A stretch of DNA of 64,000 nt, from NCBI GenBank assembly GCA_038891615.1, contig JAWADY010000002.1:128001-192000 (forward strand), written 5' to 3'. The notes below the pieces were generated by a model, which saw nothing but the letters and a program-made list of their open reading frames with translations, made no database searches and was not told where the DNA came from. The position numbers and the translations under genes are program-made. The first letter of the stretch is position 1. Every line of letters starts with the position of its first letter. The DNA is from Candidatus Woesearchaeota archaeon (lineage in GTDB: Archaea > Nanobdellota > Nanobdellia > Woesearchaeales > ARS49). This document shows, one piece after another, positions 46,542 through 56,640 of the stretch.

Positions 46542-49100
46542 TTATTGCCCTTCGCTTAATCTCCTCTTGAACTCCTCGAGTTCCGACAAAAATCTTTTCA
46601 ACGTCTTTACAAGATGTTCTGGCTGTGTGTTTATGATTTCTGCTGTCTTCTTTACAATTTCACCAGGACTTCCCTCAAAGCGCTCTTCTGATACAAGCTC
46701 AAACTCCTCCAATTCTGCCCGCGAACGCTTTTGTCCTTTTCCAACCAACTTTCTAGCCTTCTTCCACTTCTCAAAAATCTCCTTAGCCCTTGCAGGAATC
46801 TGGACAGCAGAAACTCCAAGAAGAAGCGAAAGTTCCTTGAGCAGCCCTTCCTCTTCCTTTTCAACCTTCTCTGCAGCTTTTCCTGCAACATAAAATATCC
46901 TCACCACCCCGTCCTTCACCTTTGTGCTTTTAAGAAGTTTTATGCGTGTAGCCTCTGAAGTACTGTTGAGATGAGTTCCACCGCAAGCCTCGACATCAAC
47001 ACCAGAAATCTCTACTATTCTCAGTTCCTTTCCAGGCGCAACCCCTCCTTGGTAGATGCCCATTCCAAACTTTTTTTCAGCCTCATGTCTTGGATAAAAG
47101 GCTTTTTTTACAGGTATTGCCTGCTGAACAATCCGATTTGCCTCTTTTTCTATTTCTTTAAGCTCCTCATCACTTATAGGCTGGTAATGAGTTATATCTA
47201 TGTATGCTTTATCTATGTCTTTTTTTGCAGAAGCCTGATTAACATGTGCTCCAAGTACTTTGCGTGCGGCAGCATTAACTATGTGTGTGGAGGTGTGGTG
47301 CTGAGTAAGTTGCATTCTTCTTTCAAAATCAACCTTGCAATCAACAACATCGCCTACCTTGAAAAGCGGCTTCTCAGCAAGCCTGTGCACAATTAGGTTG
47401 CCTTGCTTGAATACATCAACAACAGCTGAGTTGTCAATTGTTCCTTTGTCTGCAAGTTGGCCACCGGAAGTTGGATAAAATACTGTTTGGTCTAGCACAA
47501 CAGCGTTGTCAACAATGCCAAGCACCTTTGCCCTGCATTCTGTAAGTCTCCAATCGCCAAAATAAAGTGCCTTTGTTGCTGGAAGCTCACCAAACTCAAT
47601 CCTTTCTTCACGCTCTGTTGCTGTTTCCTGCGGCACTTTTTGCTCATGCCTGGCAGCAACAAGGGCATAAAAGTCCTTTGGTATTACAACTTCTTTACCA
47701 ATCTTTTTTGCTTCTGCCGCAACAAGCTCAGGGTTTATTCCTTCGCTATCGTATAGGGCTATCAGCTCCTCTGCACTAAGCTCTCTCCCTGCAATTTGTT
47801 GAGCAATTCTAAGTGCTCGTTCCTTTGTTGAGCGGTATTTAAGCTGCTCTACCTCGAGGATTTTCTTAACGTTCTCGATAAAATCCAAAAGCTCTGGATA
47901 TTGTGGCTTTAGCTCCTCTGCATGCCATTCAGCAATGTCGCAAAGCGATAACCTCCAACCATACTTTTCAATCAAATCAACAGCTTTTCTAAGTACAACC
48001 CTAAGATTGTACATCCCGCCAACATTGCTTGGAAGAGCGCCATCCGCGAGCGTAACAAGCAGTGCCCTTGTGTGTTCAGCAACTGCATAAAGTCCTGCAA
48101 TTGGCTGAACAATAGATGTTAACTCCTTCAAATCAATCCCAAGCCTCTCCGCAACGCTAGCCCATGCGGCATTTATGTCTTTTGCTTCATTCACATTTAA
48201 ATACGGTGAATATTGAGCGAACTGCGACATTAACTTTTCATCATAGCCAATACCAGTTATTTTGCGAAGCTTTTTGATAACCTCTGGAAAACTTGCTTCA
48301 TAACTGTTTGCTAAACCCTGAGTAAACCAAGCCGCTCGCTCCTGGCCTTGACCCATATCAAGGACTTTTATCTTAAGCTCTTTTATCCCGCTCGTGGTAT
48401 GCTCGTATTGCATGTATACTTGATTGCTTATCTCAAGACCTCTCGAAAAGAATTCAAGACAGGGTCCAAAATTTCCCCCTCCGGCCCAGACATCCTCATG
48501 TATTGTTAACTCTTCGCTTGGCAAACCCATGCCCTCGTTCAGCCACATGAGATGATGTCTTAGATAAGAATTTGTATCATACTTTTCAGGTGGAACAAAA
48601 GCGTGCTCACCCATCATCACAAATCCAACATAATGACCAGTTATGCCAACATTGTCGATGTCAGGAAATCTTAAACAGAACTGTGGAATTACAAGAGGGT
48701 TGGCTGGAGGCTCAACCTCTCCAGAAACAACAAAGGGCTGGAACGCTGCAATGCTGGCAATTGTGAATTCTGTTGTTGGATTCCAGCGAGCAACTACGGG
48801 ATATCTTTTGATAGGTGTATAACCAAGCCTTTTGTGGATTTTAGCAAACTCTTTCCACACATCAATGTAACTCAGCTGTTTTTTTGCAGGGCTTTTGCCA
48901 ATAAAACCAAAACCCCCGGCACAAGATGGTTCGCCGCATCTGGTTTGTTCATGCCTTTTTGACCAAAAAACCCTTCTACAATTGCTGCAGGTCTTCCTAG
49001 CAAAGCCAAGTTCCTTTAATGTAGAAACAGGATAATATTTTTCAGGCTCTTTTGAGGCAATCTCTCTAAACCATTTCTTAAGCTCATCGTCAGCTGCCAT
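46542..49100 (-). CDS. alaS: Alanine--tRNA ligase (archaeal type)
   Basis: YPVVARW, ASIAAFQP, WAGGGNFGP, FYPTSGGQ, HH.STH and EACGGTH editing motifs. Confidence 0.97.
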   Translation of the reverse strand: MAADDELKKWFREIASKEPEKYYPVSTLKELGFARKTCSNCRRVFWSKRHEQTRCGEPSCAGGFGFIGKSPAKKQLSYIDVWKEFAKIHKRLGYTPIKRYPVVARWNPTTEFTIASIAAFQPFVVSGEVEPPANPLVIPQFCLRFPDIDNVGITGHYVGFVMMGEHAFVPPEKYDTNSYLRHHLMWLNEGMGLPSEELTIHEDVWAGGGNFGPCLEFFSRGLEISNQVYMQYEHTTSGIKELKIKVLDMGQGQERAAWFTQGLANSYEASFPEVIKKLRKITGIGYDEKLMSQFAQYSPYLNVNEAKDINAAWASVAERLGIDLKELTSIVQPIAGLYAVAEHTRALLVTLADGALPSNVGGMYNLRVVLRKAVDLIEKYGWRLSLCDIAEWHAEELKPQYPELLDFIENVKKILEVEQLKYRSTKERALRIAQQIAGRELSAEELIALYDSEGINPELVAAEAKKIGKEVVIPKDFYALVAARHEQKVPQETATEREERIEFGELPATKALYFGDWRLTECRAKVLGIVDNAVVLDQTVFYPTSGGQLADKGTIDNSAVVDVFKQGNLIVHRLAEKPLFKVGDVVDCKVDFERRMQLTQHHTSTHIVNAAARKVLGAHVNQASAKKDIDKAYIDITHYQPISDEELKEIEKEANRIVQQAIPVKKAFYPRHEAEKKFGMGIYQGGVAPGKELRIVEISGVDVEACGGTHLNSTSEATRIKLLKSTKVKDGVVRIFYVAGKAAEKVEKEEEGLLKELSLLLGVSAVQIPARAKEIFEKWKKARKLVGKGQKRSRAELEEFELVSEERFEGSPGEIVKKTAEIINTQPEHLVKTLKRFLSELEEFKRRLSEGQ

Positions 49101-49228
49101 AAAAAAACTCTCATGAGGCTCTTTAAATAATTTGTGGAGCTTTCCAGAGAGGCTAAGGCTTTGCCTTTTGGCAGCTGTTAATCAAAAACGATTCTGTCAA
49201 GACAAGGCTCGGATGATTAAAGCACTTT

Positions 49229-49633
49229 TTAGAGAACTACTTCTTCTTTTCCATTGGGAGATTTTTTGCTTTCCTTCCTTAGAGCAGCAGGAACTGTCTT
49301 CAGCCTTGTAAAAAGGCCATCCAAGCGTTCTTCAAGACTGTAAAAAGTCTTTTTTTTAAACAACTTGCTCGCAAGTTTATCGCCTTTGCCGCTAAAGTAA
49401 GACACGCCGACACAACGATAGCTATATGCCAAAGCTTGAGTTATTATTCCATAGCTTGTCTTGATTGAACTTTTCTTAGTTCGCTCCTTGCCAACAACAA
49501 ACTCGAGAACAGCATAGATTGCATCTTTTGGAACCTCAAGGAAAGAATCTGAGCTTTGCTTTCCAAACAGCTCATAAAAAAGAGGCAATCTTGTCCCCCT
49601 TTGTTCTTTTGTAATTCGATAGTAGACTTTCAT
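49229..49633 (-). CDS. Hypothetical basic protein
   Basis: 134-aa ORF without recognisable motif. Confidence 0.55.
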   Translation of the reverse strand: MKVYYRITKEQRGTRLPLFYELFGKQSSDSFLEVPKDAIYAVLEFVVGKERTKKSSIKTSYGIITQALAYSYRCVGVSYFSGKGDKLASKLFKKKTFYSLEERLDGLFTRLKTVPAALRKESKKSPNGKEEVVL

Positions 49634-49676
49634 TTTGAAAAACTCTTAGAACAAAAAATAATAAAAAATAGGGCTT

Positions 49677-50633
49677 TCATTCGCCCTTGAGTCTACTAAA
49701 CCCAATTATCAGCCCGACAATCACCAGCAGTGCAATTAGCACTAGCAGTATTGTCTCAAGGGCTGTTCTTAGGGTTGATGTCTGTGTAGGAGTAGTCGGA
49801 GTCGTTGTAGTTGGTTGAGTTGTAGTTGTTGGTTGTGGCGCTGTTTGGACAGGAGAGGCTTCTTTGCAAGCCTCATTTTCTAGCACAACAATGCTCTCAG
49901 TTGTGCTTATGCTCCTGTGGCTCCTGTCGTACTGCGCATCAACCTTCAGTTGATAAACGCCAGGCTTTGCGCACTTTGGTAGCTTCAAGAAAAGCTCTTC
50001 TGTTTCTTTTTGATCATCTTCTTTTATCTTGTCTATATAGCTGCTATCACTCACTCCAAGCTCTGGAATGCTTGCTGTGACCAGCACATTCTTTTCATCC
50101 CTCTCTCCGCGGTTGTCAAGCCTTGCAACTACAGACAGCGCACTTCCCGCAACAACCTTATTACCAGGCCTCAATATGAGGTCATCAAAAACAAGCTTGT
50201 GTCTTGGAAGGTCTACTTTTAGATTATAGTTCTGGATTAGCTCATCACCGTTTCTGTCAGAAACAAGTATTCTGAGCTTGTATTCATCTTTCTCCAAGTC
50301 GTCTGGCAGACTCAGCTTGAGCGTCTTAACATAGCTAACATTTTTCTCCATGTCAAAGACCTTTGTGCTGTCAGAGATGCTTTCAAAATCATTGTACTCG
50401 TAGCCAGAAATGAATGCTCGTATCTCGACGTTGTCTACGTCTTCATTTGCAGTTAACTTCACTTTCACATCAAAACTGGCTGCTCGTTCAAGGCTGAGCC
50501 GAACAGTGTCTCCCGGCTCAACAAGGTCGCCATCTATTTTCACAGAATCTATTGTTACTGGCAGCGCTGCAGCAAATCCTGCAAATGCCAGAATAAACAA
50601 AAACGTTAAACCTAGCGTCAAAATGTTTTTCAT
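49677..50633 (-). CDS. S-layer-like surface protein
   Basis: Signal peptide, two Ig/CARDB-like domains, Pro/Thr-rich linker, C-terminal TM anchor; AGGGGG SD. Confidence 0.72.
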   Translation of the reverse strand: MKNILTLGLTFLFILAFAGFAAALPVTIDSVKIDGDLVEPGDTVRLSLERAASFDVKVKLTANEDVDNVEIRAFISGYEYNDFESISDSTKVFDMEKNVSYVKTLKLSLPDDLEKDEYKLRILVSDRNGDELIQNYNLKVDLPRHKLVFDDLILRPGNKVVAGSALSVVARLDNRGERDEKNVLVTASIPELGVSDSSYIDKIKEDDQKETEELFLKLPKCAKPGVYQLKVDAQYDRSHRSISTTESIVVLENEACKEASPVQTAPQPTTTTQPTTTTPTTPTQTSTLRTALETILLVLIALLVIVGLIIGFSRLKGE

Positions 50634-50835
50634 TTTAAGATTCCCCCTTATTTTGTTTTTTTGTTGATTTTAAGGTGTGTTTTACCACCAGAAAGTATAA
50701 CCCATATTTAAATCTTTCCATATTTAGTATTCAGGAGTAGCAACTTTTATGAGACCGTTTTTGTTTAGCTTGCGCACTTTAAAGATTTTTCTTAGCAAGT
50801 CAATATTTATAAATCGTTCTTAAATCTACTAAGCC

Positions 50836-52593
50836 ATGCTTAGGCAACCTATTGTAACAATAATGGGTCATGTTGATCATGGAAAGACTCTGCTGCTCGA
50901 TTCGATTAGGGGAAGCGCTGTTGCTGCTGCAGAGGCAGGAGGAATAACCCAAGCAATAGGTGCATCAATAATCCCTTTATCAACACTAAGAGCAGTCTGT
51001 GGAACTTTGCTCAAAAGGCTAAAAATAGAGCTTACCATTCCAGGACTTCTATTCATTGATACTCCAGGCCATGCTGCCTTTGTAAATCTTCGCAGAAGAG
51101 GAGGAAACCTCGCAGACATTGCAATTCTTGTAATTGACATAAACGAAGGGGTAATGCCCCAAACACTTGAGTGCATTGACATCTTGAAAAGCTACAAAGT
51201 CCCTTTTGTCGTCGCGGCAAATAAGATAGACCTTATTGAAGGGTGGAAGTATGAAAAAAGCGAGAACCTTTTGAAATCCATTGAGAACCAAACACAACTT
51301 GCAAAGCAAAGATTTGAGGTCAAGCTTTATGGGATTGTTGGTAGGCTCTCTGAATTAGGCTTTGATGCGGACAGGTTTGATAGGGTTTCTGATTATACTA
51401 AGCAGATTGCAGTAGTGCCTGTTTCTGCAAAAACAGGACAAGGAATTCCAGAGCTGCTAATGGTAATAATTGGACTCACGCAAAAATACCTTGAAAAGGG
51501 TCTTAAGGTTGACCTCTCAGCCCCTGCAAAAGGGACAATTCTTGAAGTTAAGGAAGAAAAAGGGCTCGGGCTTGCTCTCGACACCATAATATACGATGGC
51601 AGCCTAAGTGTTGGTGATGCTGTTGTGATTGGAGGGCTTGAAGGGCCAATTCTTACGAAGGTGAAGGCGCTGCTAGAGCCAGAGCCTCTTGCCGAAATGA
51701 GGTTGAAAAAAACAAAATTTGTTAGTGTTGGAAGGGTTTCTGCAGCAACAGGCGTAAAGATTGTCGTTCAAGAAGGCGAAAAGGTTGTTGCGGGAATGCC
51801 ACTGCTTGGCGTAAAAAGTTCAAAAGAAATTGAAGCCGCAAAGAGTGCTATTATGGAAGATGTGGGAGAAGTTTTGCTCGAGACTTCTCAAGAAGGCGTG
51901 GCAATAAAGGCTGACAGCCTTGGTTCTCTTGAGGCCCTTGCAATGCTGCTTAAAGAACATGGCATCCCAGTTAAAAAGGCATCGATTGGTCCTATCTCAA
52001 AGAAAGACATCCTAGATGCAGAGTCGGAAAAAAATCCTCTCAATGCAGCAATTCTCGGCTTTAACATTCCACATACGGAAGAGATAACTTCTGAAAAGGT
52101 TAAGATAATTATTGGAGATGTGATATACAGGATTGTGGAAGAATATGCCTTATGGAAGGAAAGCCGCAAGGAGGCAATTGCGCGCGAAGCGCTCGAAGGA
52201 CTTACAAGTCCTTGCAAGATTCATGTACTCAAAGGTTATGTTTTTAGACAGTCAAACCCTGCAGTTGTTGGTGTTGAGGTTTTAGCAGGGACGCTCAAGC
52301 CCAATACTCCTTTAATGAAAGAGGATGGAATGGAGTTAACACGTGTCAAGAGCATACAGCTCGAGCAGCAAAGCATCGAAAGCGCAGCTCGCGACCAACG
52401 AGTTGCAATAGCAATGTCTGGAGTAACTATTGGGAGGCAGATAAAGGAAGGAGACAAGCTGTGGTCTGTTCTTACGGAGGAAGAATTTAAGAAGTTTAAG
52501 GAACTGAAGCATCTGCTGAAAGATGAGGAAAAAGAACTTCTATCCGAGATAGCTCAGATAATGCGGAAGAAAAAGCCGTTGTGGGGACTGTGA
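50836..52593 (+). CDS. infB: Translation initiation factor aIF5B (IF-2)
   Basis: LRQPIV..MGHVDHGKT, GGITQ.IGA, DTPGH, NKID and FRQSNPA motifs. Confidence 0.97.
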   Translation: MLRQPIVTIMGHVDHGKTLLLDSIRGSAVAAAEAGGITQAIGASIIPLSTLRAVCGTLLKRLKIELTIPGLLFIDTPGHAAFVNLRRRGGNLADIAILVIDINEGVMPQTLECIDILKSYKVPFVVAANKIDLIEGWKYEKSENLLKSIENQTQLAKQRFEVKLYGIVGRLSELGFDADRFDRVSDYTKQIAVVPVSAKTGQGIPELLMVIIGLTQKYLEKGLKVDLSAPAKGTILEVKEEKGLGLALDTIIYDGSLSVGDAVVIGGLEGPILTKVKALLEPEPLAEMRLKKTKFVSVGRVSAATGVKIVVQEGEKVVAGMPLLGVKSSKEIEAAKSAIMEDVGEVLLETSQEGVAIKADSLGSLEALAMLLKEHGIPVKKASIGPISKKDILDAESEKNPLNAAILGFNIPHTEEITSEKVKIIIGDVIYRIVEEYALWKESRKEAIAREALEGLTSPCKIHVLKGYVFRQSNPAVVGVEVLAGTLKPNTPLMKEDGMELTRVKSIQLEQQSIESAARDQRVAIAMSGVTIGRQIKEGDKLWSVLTEEEFKKFKELKHLLKDEEKELLSEIAQIMRKKKPLWGL

Positions 52594-52597
52594 GCAA

Positions 52598-53062
52598 ATG
52601 AAAATGCGCATTCTTAGGGCAAAGGAGAAAAAGGAAATTTTTCGTCTCTTGAAGGAACAATGGGGTTTTGACAAACAGCTAGATCTGGTCTTCCTTGCAA
52701 CGCCAAAAGGGAATATTTATGTTGCCTCGCGAGAAATATTCAGACTGCCTTTGGAGCTGCTCAGGCAAACCTCAATAGGGCTTTATTTTGGCGAGCTTCA
52801 CGAAGGGATAAGGTTAAGTATCGAAGGAAGCCAGCTTGTTGGCCCAGCTTCAACAAAAAATGTGGTCGAGCTCAACGACACCGAGGTAATTTCTTGGCTG
52901 AAAGGTAACGACCTGAAAAAGCGCGGCGAATGGTTTGGCTATGTTCTGCTAAAGCACGGAAAGGACTTTCTAGGCTGTGGGAAATACAAGCCTGAAGAAG
53001 GAAAGATTCTTAATTTTATTCCAAAGGCAAGAAGGCTTGGGATTGCTGTTGAAGGAGACTAA
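52598..53062 (+). CDS. NIP7/RsmF C-terminal PUA-like protein
   Basis: GLYFG, RLSIEGSQLVG and ILNFIPKARR. Confidence 0.75.
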   Translation: MKMRILRAKEKKEIFRLLKEQWGFDKQLDLVFLATPKGNIYVASREIFRLPLELLRQTSIGLYFGELHEGIRLSIEGSQLVGPASTKNVVELNDTEVISWLKGNDLKKRGEWFGYVLLKHGKDFLGCGKYKPEEGKILNFIPKARRLGIAVEGD

Positions 53063-53072
53063 AAGCCTTGAG

Positions 53073-54161
53073 TTATCTTGAATGAAGTTCGATAATGTCT
53101 CCATCCTCGAGCTCTTTGTCAAGCCTTCTAAATGTCTGACCAGGAAATCGCGCGCTTTTTCCCCAAATTCGTGCAAAACTGAACTTTCTTTCCAATTCTC
53201 GATGAATTCTGTTGCATACATCGCGCAAGGTTGCTGGCTTTCTCAGAATCATTGGCTCATCGATATCAGGCTCCTTCCCGACCTCTTTTAGAAAGATACG
53301 TAAAATCTTGAGTCTTTCAAAAATCATTTCCTTCAGCCGTTCAATGTTTGTGCCATTCTCAGCACTAATCATAAGGTCGGGCTTGAGCATTTCTGCGAGC
53401 TCTGCAAGTCTCTTCTCATCAACCAGGTCTATTTTGTTTACAACTGTTATTGCAGGAATATAAACCTTGTTGCCTTCAAGTCCGTCAATGAGTCTGTCAA
53501 GGGTTATCCTTTCATCTATTTGAACGTCCGCGTTTGCAATGCCAAACTCCTGGAGCGCAGCTTTTATCGAAGTTTCTGAAAGCTCCATTTCGACAGTGCT
53601 GTTGATAGTTATCCCCCCACGAACTTTTTTTGTTATCTTTATCCTTGGAGGTGCTTCGTTTGCTCTTATGCCAACTTCCTTAAGTTCATTCAGAATTATC
53701 TGGTAATGTTCAGGCCTGAGCGCATCAATGACAATGATTAGCAGGTCACAATTCCTTACCACAGAAAGTACCTCCTTCCCTCTGCCAGAACCTGTTGCAG
53801 CGCCACAAAGAATCCCAGGAATATCGAGTAGTTGTATCCTCGCGCCATTATGCACAAGTGTGCCTGGAATGACATTAAGCGTTGTGAAATCATAAGCAGC
53901 TATTTTTGAGTGCGCGCCAGTCAGTTTGTTAAGTATGCTAGATTTTCCAACAGACGGAAAACCAACAAAAACAGCAGTTGCATCACCAGTCTTTTTTATC
54001 GAAAAGCCGCTTTTCTGCCTTGACCGACCCCTTGCTTCAATCTTGCGCCTGAGCTTTGCTATTTTTGCGCGAACAACTGCAAAATGAAACTCAGTTGCTT
54101 TGTTGTATTTTGTCCTGCTGAGTTCTGCCTCGAGTTCCCTTATTTGCTCTTCCGGCTCCAT
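53073..54161 (-). CDS. DRG/Rbg family GTPase with TGS domain
   Basis: TKYNKATE, GFPSVGKS, YDFTTL, DIPG, NKID and WGKSA motifs. Confidence 0.95.
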   Translation of the reverse strand: MEPEEQIRELEAELSRTKYNKATEFHFAVVRAKIAKLRRKIEARGRSRQKSGFSIKKTGDATAVFVGFPSVGKSSILNKLTGAHSKIAAYDFTTLNVIPGTLVHNGARIQLLDIPGILCGAATGSGRGKEVLSVVRNCDLLIIVIDALRPEHYQIILNELKEVGIRANEAPPRIKITKKVRGGITINSTVEMELSETSIKAALQEFGIANADVQIDERITLDRLIDGLEGNKVYIPAITVVNKIDLVDEKRLAELAEMLKPDLMISAENGTNIERLKEMIFERLKILRIFLKEVGKEPDIDEPMILRKPATLRDVCNRIHRELERKFSFARIWGKSARFPGQTFRRLDKELEDGDIIELHSR

Positions 54162-54171
54162 TTAGAAACAG

Positions 54172-54447
54172 CTATTGCTTAAAACATGTCATCTTTGATT
54201 CGAGGAGAGAAATCACATTGATCAGCCTCGCCCTTGTCAGGGGGTCTATGTTCAAGTCTGTCGTCAGTTCCTCGAGCTCGTGCAGTGCCTTACTAATGAC
54301 TATTGTTTTATCGCCATTTTTTTCCAAGCAGTTCTGAAGAAGTTTTAAGGCAGTTTCCGCCTTCGTTTTAACATTTCTTGGACCATCATCGTTTGCAAGG
54401 TCTGAAAGCGCTCCAAGCAAGCTTGAAAACTCACTCTCCTGCGCCAT
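54172..54447 (-). CDS. UPF0147 family protein
   Basis: PRNVK...LEEL..D.NI...TR..L..V.S.LE pattern. Confidence 0.8.
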   Translation of the reverse strand: MAQESEFSSLLGALSDLANDDGPRNVKTKAETALKLLQNCLEKNGDKTIVISKALHELEELTTDLNIDPLTRARLINVISLLESKMTCFKQ

Positions 54448-54474
54448 TTTGTCACTCTCTCCCTTTCTTAACCA

Positions 54475-54816
54475 CTATTTCGTCTTGAGACTTGATATCA
54501 CTTCTTCTTGAAGGGCTTTTGCTTTCTCACCAAGTTGCTTTTCTTGCTTTTGTATTCCATTCAGCCTTATCTCGAGGAGCTCCTTTTTTTGGCCAAGCTC
54601 CTTCTTTAACTCTTCCTTGTCCACGCTTGCCATAATACCCCCAATTATTTTGTAGGCACGCTGTGTTTTTTCCACTTCTTTCAACGCTGACTCTATCTCA
54701 AAAAGTTGGGATTGAAATTGCTGTTTCTGCAGCAAAAGCCCCTGCATGTTTTGCTCGAGGATTTGAAGTTTGGCAATCTTTTCTTTTGTTTCTTTTGGAA
54801 TATGTGCATCTGTCAT
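54475..54816 (-). CDS. pfdB: Prefoldin subunit beta
   Basis: Coiled coil with YKIIGGIM hairpin; conserved position after rpoP. Confidence 0.92.
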   Translation of the reverse strand: MTDAHIPKETKEKIAKLQILEQNMQGLLLQKQQFQSQLFEIESALKEVEKTQRAYKIIGGIMASVDKEELKKELGQKKELLEIRLNGIQKQEKQLGEKAKALQEEVISSLKTK

Positions 54817-54819
54817 CCT

Positions 54820-54957
54820 TCACACCGCCTTTACCTTTGTTATTATCGACCTAGGTTTAAAAAGAATCTTACTTCCACAGTAGGGGCAGCGTACCCTCTT
54901 TCCAAGCAGGCTTTCAGAAATAGTCTTTCCGCACATCAAACATGAGTATCGTGACAT
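54820..54957 (-). CDS. rpoP: RNA polymerase subunit Rpo12 (P), not in the ORF track
   Basis: MSRYSCLMCGK...VRCPYCGSKILFKPRS...VKAV*. Confidence 0.93.
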   Translation of the reverse strand: MSRYSCLMCGKTISESLLGKRVRCPYCGSKILFKPRSIITKVKAV

Positions 54958-54959
54958 TT

Positions 54960-55274
54960 TTATTCTCTCACTTCAACAGCTGTAGCCTCTTTGGGCTCTT
55001 TTTCCAGCTCAGTGCGCTCCAATTCTGCTGGCTTTTCAGCTCCAAAAACTATTTTCTTTTCAATACTGTATGCCTTACCACTGAGCTTTGCTCCGCACTT
55101 TCTGCAGCCCCAGATTCCATAAGCAATCCTTTTCACCGCTTGCTTGTGACAGTAAGGACAATCCTGCGGTTTCTTACGATAAGCCTCCTCAATCTTAGCG
55201 AGCTTGTACTTTGGAGTTGCTCCATAGCGTACGCCAAATCGCTTCGCTGTTCCCAAGCCGGTTTTCTCTGGCAT
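54960..55274 (-). CDS. rpl37ae: 50S ribosomal protein eL43 (L37Ae)
   Basis: RFGVRYG, CPYC, VKR...GIW.CRKC, with an acidic C-terminal tail. Confidence 0.95.
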   Translation of the reverse strand: MPEKTGLGTAKRFGVRYGATPKYKLAKIEEAYRKKPQDCPYCHKQAVKRIAYGIWGCRKCGAKLSGKAYSIEKKIVFGAEKPAELERTELEKEPKEATAVEVRE

Positions 55275-55306
55275 TTTTATCAAATGTTGGTTTCTGCTTC
55301 GCTAAA

Positions 55307-55426
55307 TGGGGCTGCCCGGACTTTCAAAAGGCTTTCTGCTGAAAGCCACTATTTGAACCGGGATCACCTGCTCTCCTGACTTTTGTACCCAAGGCAGGAA
55401 GCCTAACCAAGTTAGCAGACAGCCCC
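55307..55426 (-). tRNA. tRNA-Pro(TGG) with two introns: 37/38 (55373-55387) and T-loop 59/60 (55321-55351)
   Basis: GGGGCTG/CAGCCCC acceptor; removing the 15-nt and 31-nt BHB introns gives a 74-nt cloverleaf with CCTGC-ctTGGga-GCAGG and CCCGG-TTCAAAT-CCGGG. Confidence 0.92.
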
Positions 55427-55522
55427 TGAATTAAAAAATGATTGACAAGCGGTTTTTAAATCTATCGCTCATTCAAATTTTTGGCATAAAGCTTTATAAA
55501 CATTCCTCGGCTTGAGCTTATA

Positions 55523-56626
55523 ATGACGCTCACAACCTACCAGCGATATCAGCTCAAAAAATTCATACGCGAGCTTGAAGGATACAGCGGCAGACATACC
55601 GAGCTTGTATCAGTTTATATTCCTGGCGGCTACGAATTAGCAAAGATTATTTCCCAGCTTCAGCAGGAGCAGGGCACTGCAACAAACATAAAGTCAGCCT
55701 CAACAAGAAAGAATGTCATTGACGCACTTGAACGGATGATACAGCACCTCAAGCTTTTCAAGAGCACACCAGAACATGGTTTGGCAGTTTTTTCAGGAAA
55801 TATTGCTGCACGAGAGGGCGCTTCTGATGTGCGTGTCTGGTCAATAGAACCTCCAATTCCACTAAATGTAAAGATTTACAGATGTGACAAGAAGTTTGTT
55901 CTTGAGCCTTTGATTGATATGCTTGATGTCAAAGAGGCTTATGGCCTTGTTGTAATGGATAGACGAGATGCGATGCTTGCGCTTCTCAAAGGCAAAACGA
56001 TTGTCCCTCTTGTTAAGACGCACTCCGAGGTTCCTGGCAAATTCAAAGCAGGAGGACAGAGCGCACATCGTTTTGAAATGAACCGCGAACTTGCTGCAAA
56101 GGCACACTACAAAAAGGTTGCAGAGCACATGAAAAACCAGTTTCTTGGGCTTGAAGGGCTAAAGGGAATTCTTGTCGGAGGACCTGGCCCGACAAAGTAC
56201 GAACTCGTTGAAGGTGACTATATAACAGCTGATGTGAAGAAGAAAATACTTGCAGTAAAAGATATAACCTACACTGATGAGTTTGGGCTGCAGGAGCTTG
56301 TGGAGCGTTCACATGATGTCCTTGCAGCTGAAGATATTGTTGAAGAAAAAAAGATAGTTAGGCGATTTCTTGAGCTTCTTGCCAAAAAGCCAGGGAAGGT
56401 TGCTTATGGTGAAGCCGAGGTCAAAAAATATCTTGAAATGGGCACTGTTGAAACACTCTTAATCTCAGATACGCTTGAAGAAGCAAAGATTAAGGAGTTT
56501 GAGGAAATTGCAAAGAAATATTCTACTGAAGTCAGGATGATATCCACCGAGACGACTGAAGGGATGCAGCTTCGCGACCTTGGAAAAATTGCTGCCCTGC
56601 TACGTTACGAAGCAGCAATTGGATAA
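55523..56626 (+). CDS. prf1: Peptide chain release factor aRF1
   Basis: GRHTELVSVYIP, TATNIKS, YRCD and GGQS motifs. Confidence 0.97.
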   Translation: MTLTTYQRYQLKKFIRELEGYSGRHTELVSVYIPGGYELAKIISQLQQEQGTATNIKSASTRKNVIDALERMIQHLKLFKSTPEHGLAVFSGNIAAREGASDVRVWSIEPPIPLNVKIYRCDKKFVLEPLIDMLDVKEAYGLVVMDRRDAMLALLKGKTIVPLVKTHSEVPGKFKAGGQSAHRFEMNRELAAKAHYKKVAEHMKNQFLGLEGLKGILVGGPGPTKYELVEGDYITADVKKKILAVKDITYTDEFGLQELVERSHDVLAAEDIVEEKKIVRRFLELLAKKPGKVAYGEAEVKKYLEMGTVETLLISDTLEEAKIKEFEEIAKKYSTEVRMISTETTEGMQLRDLGKIAALLRYEAAIG

Positions 56627-56640
56627 CCTTTGCTTACAAA

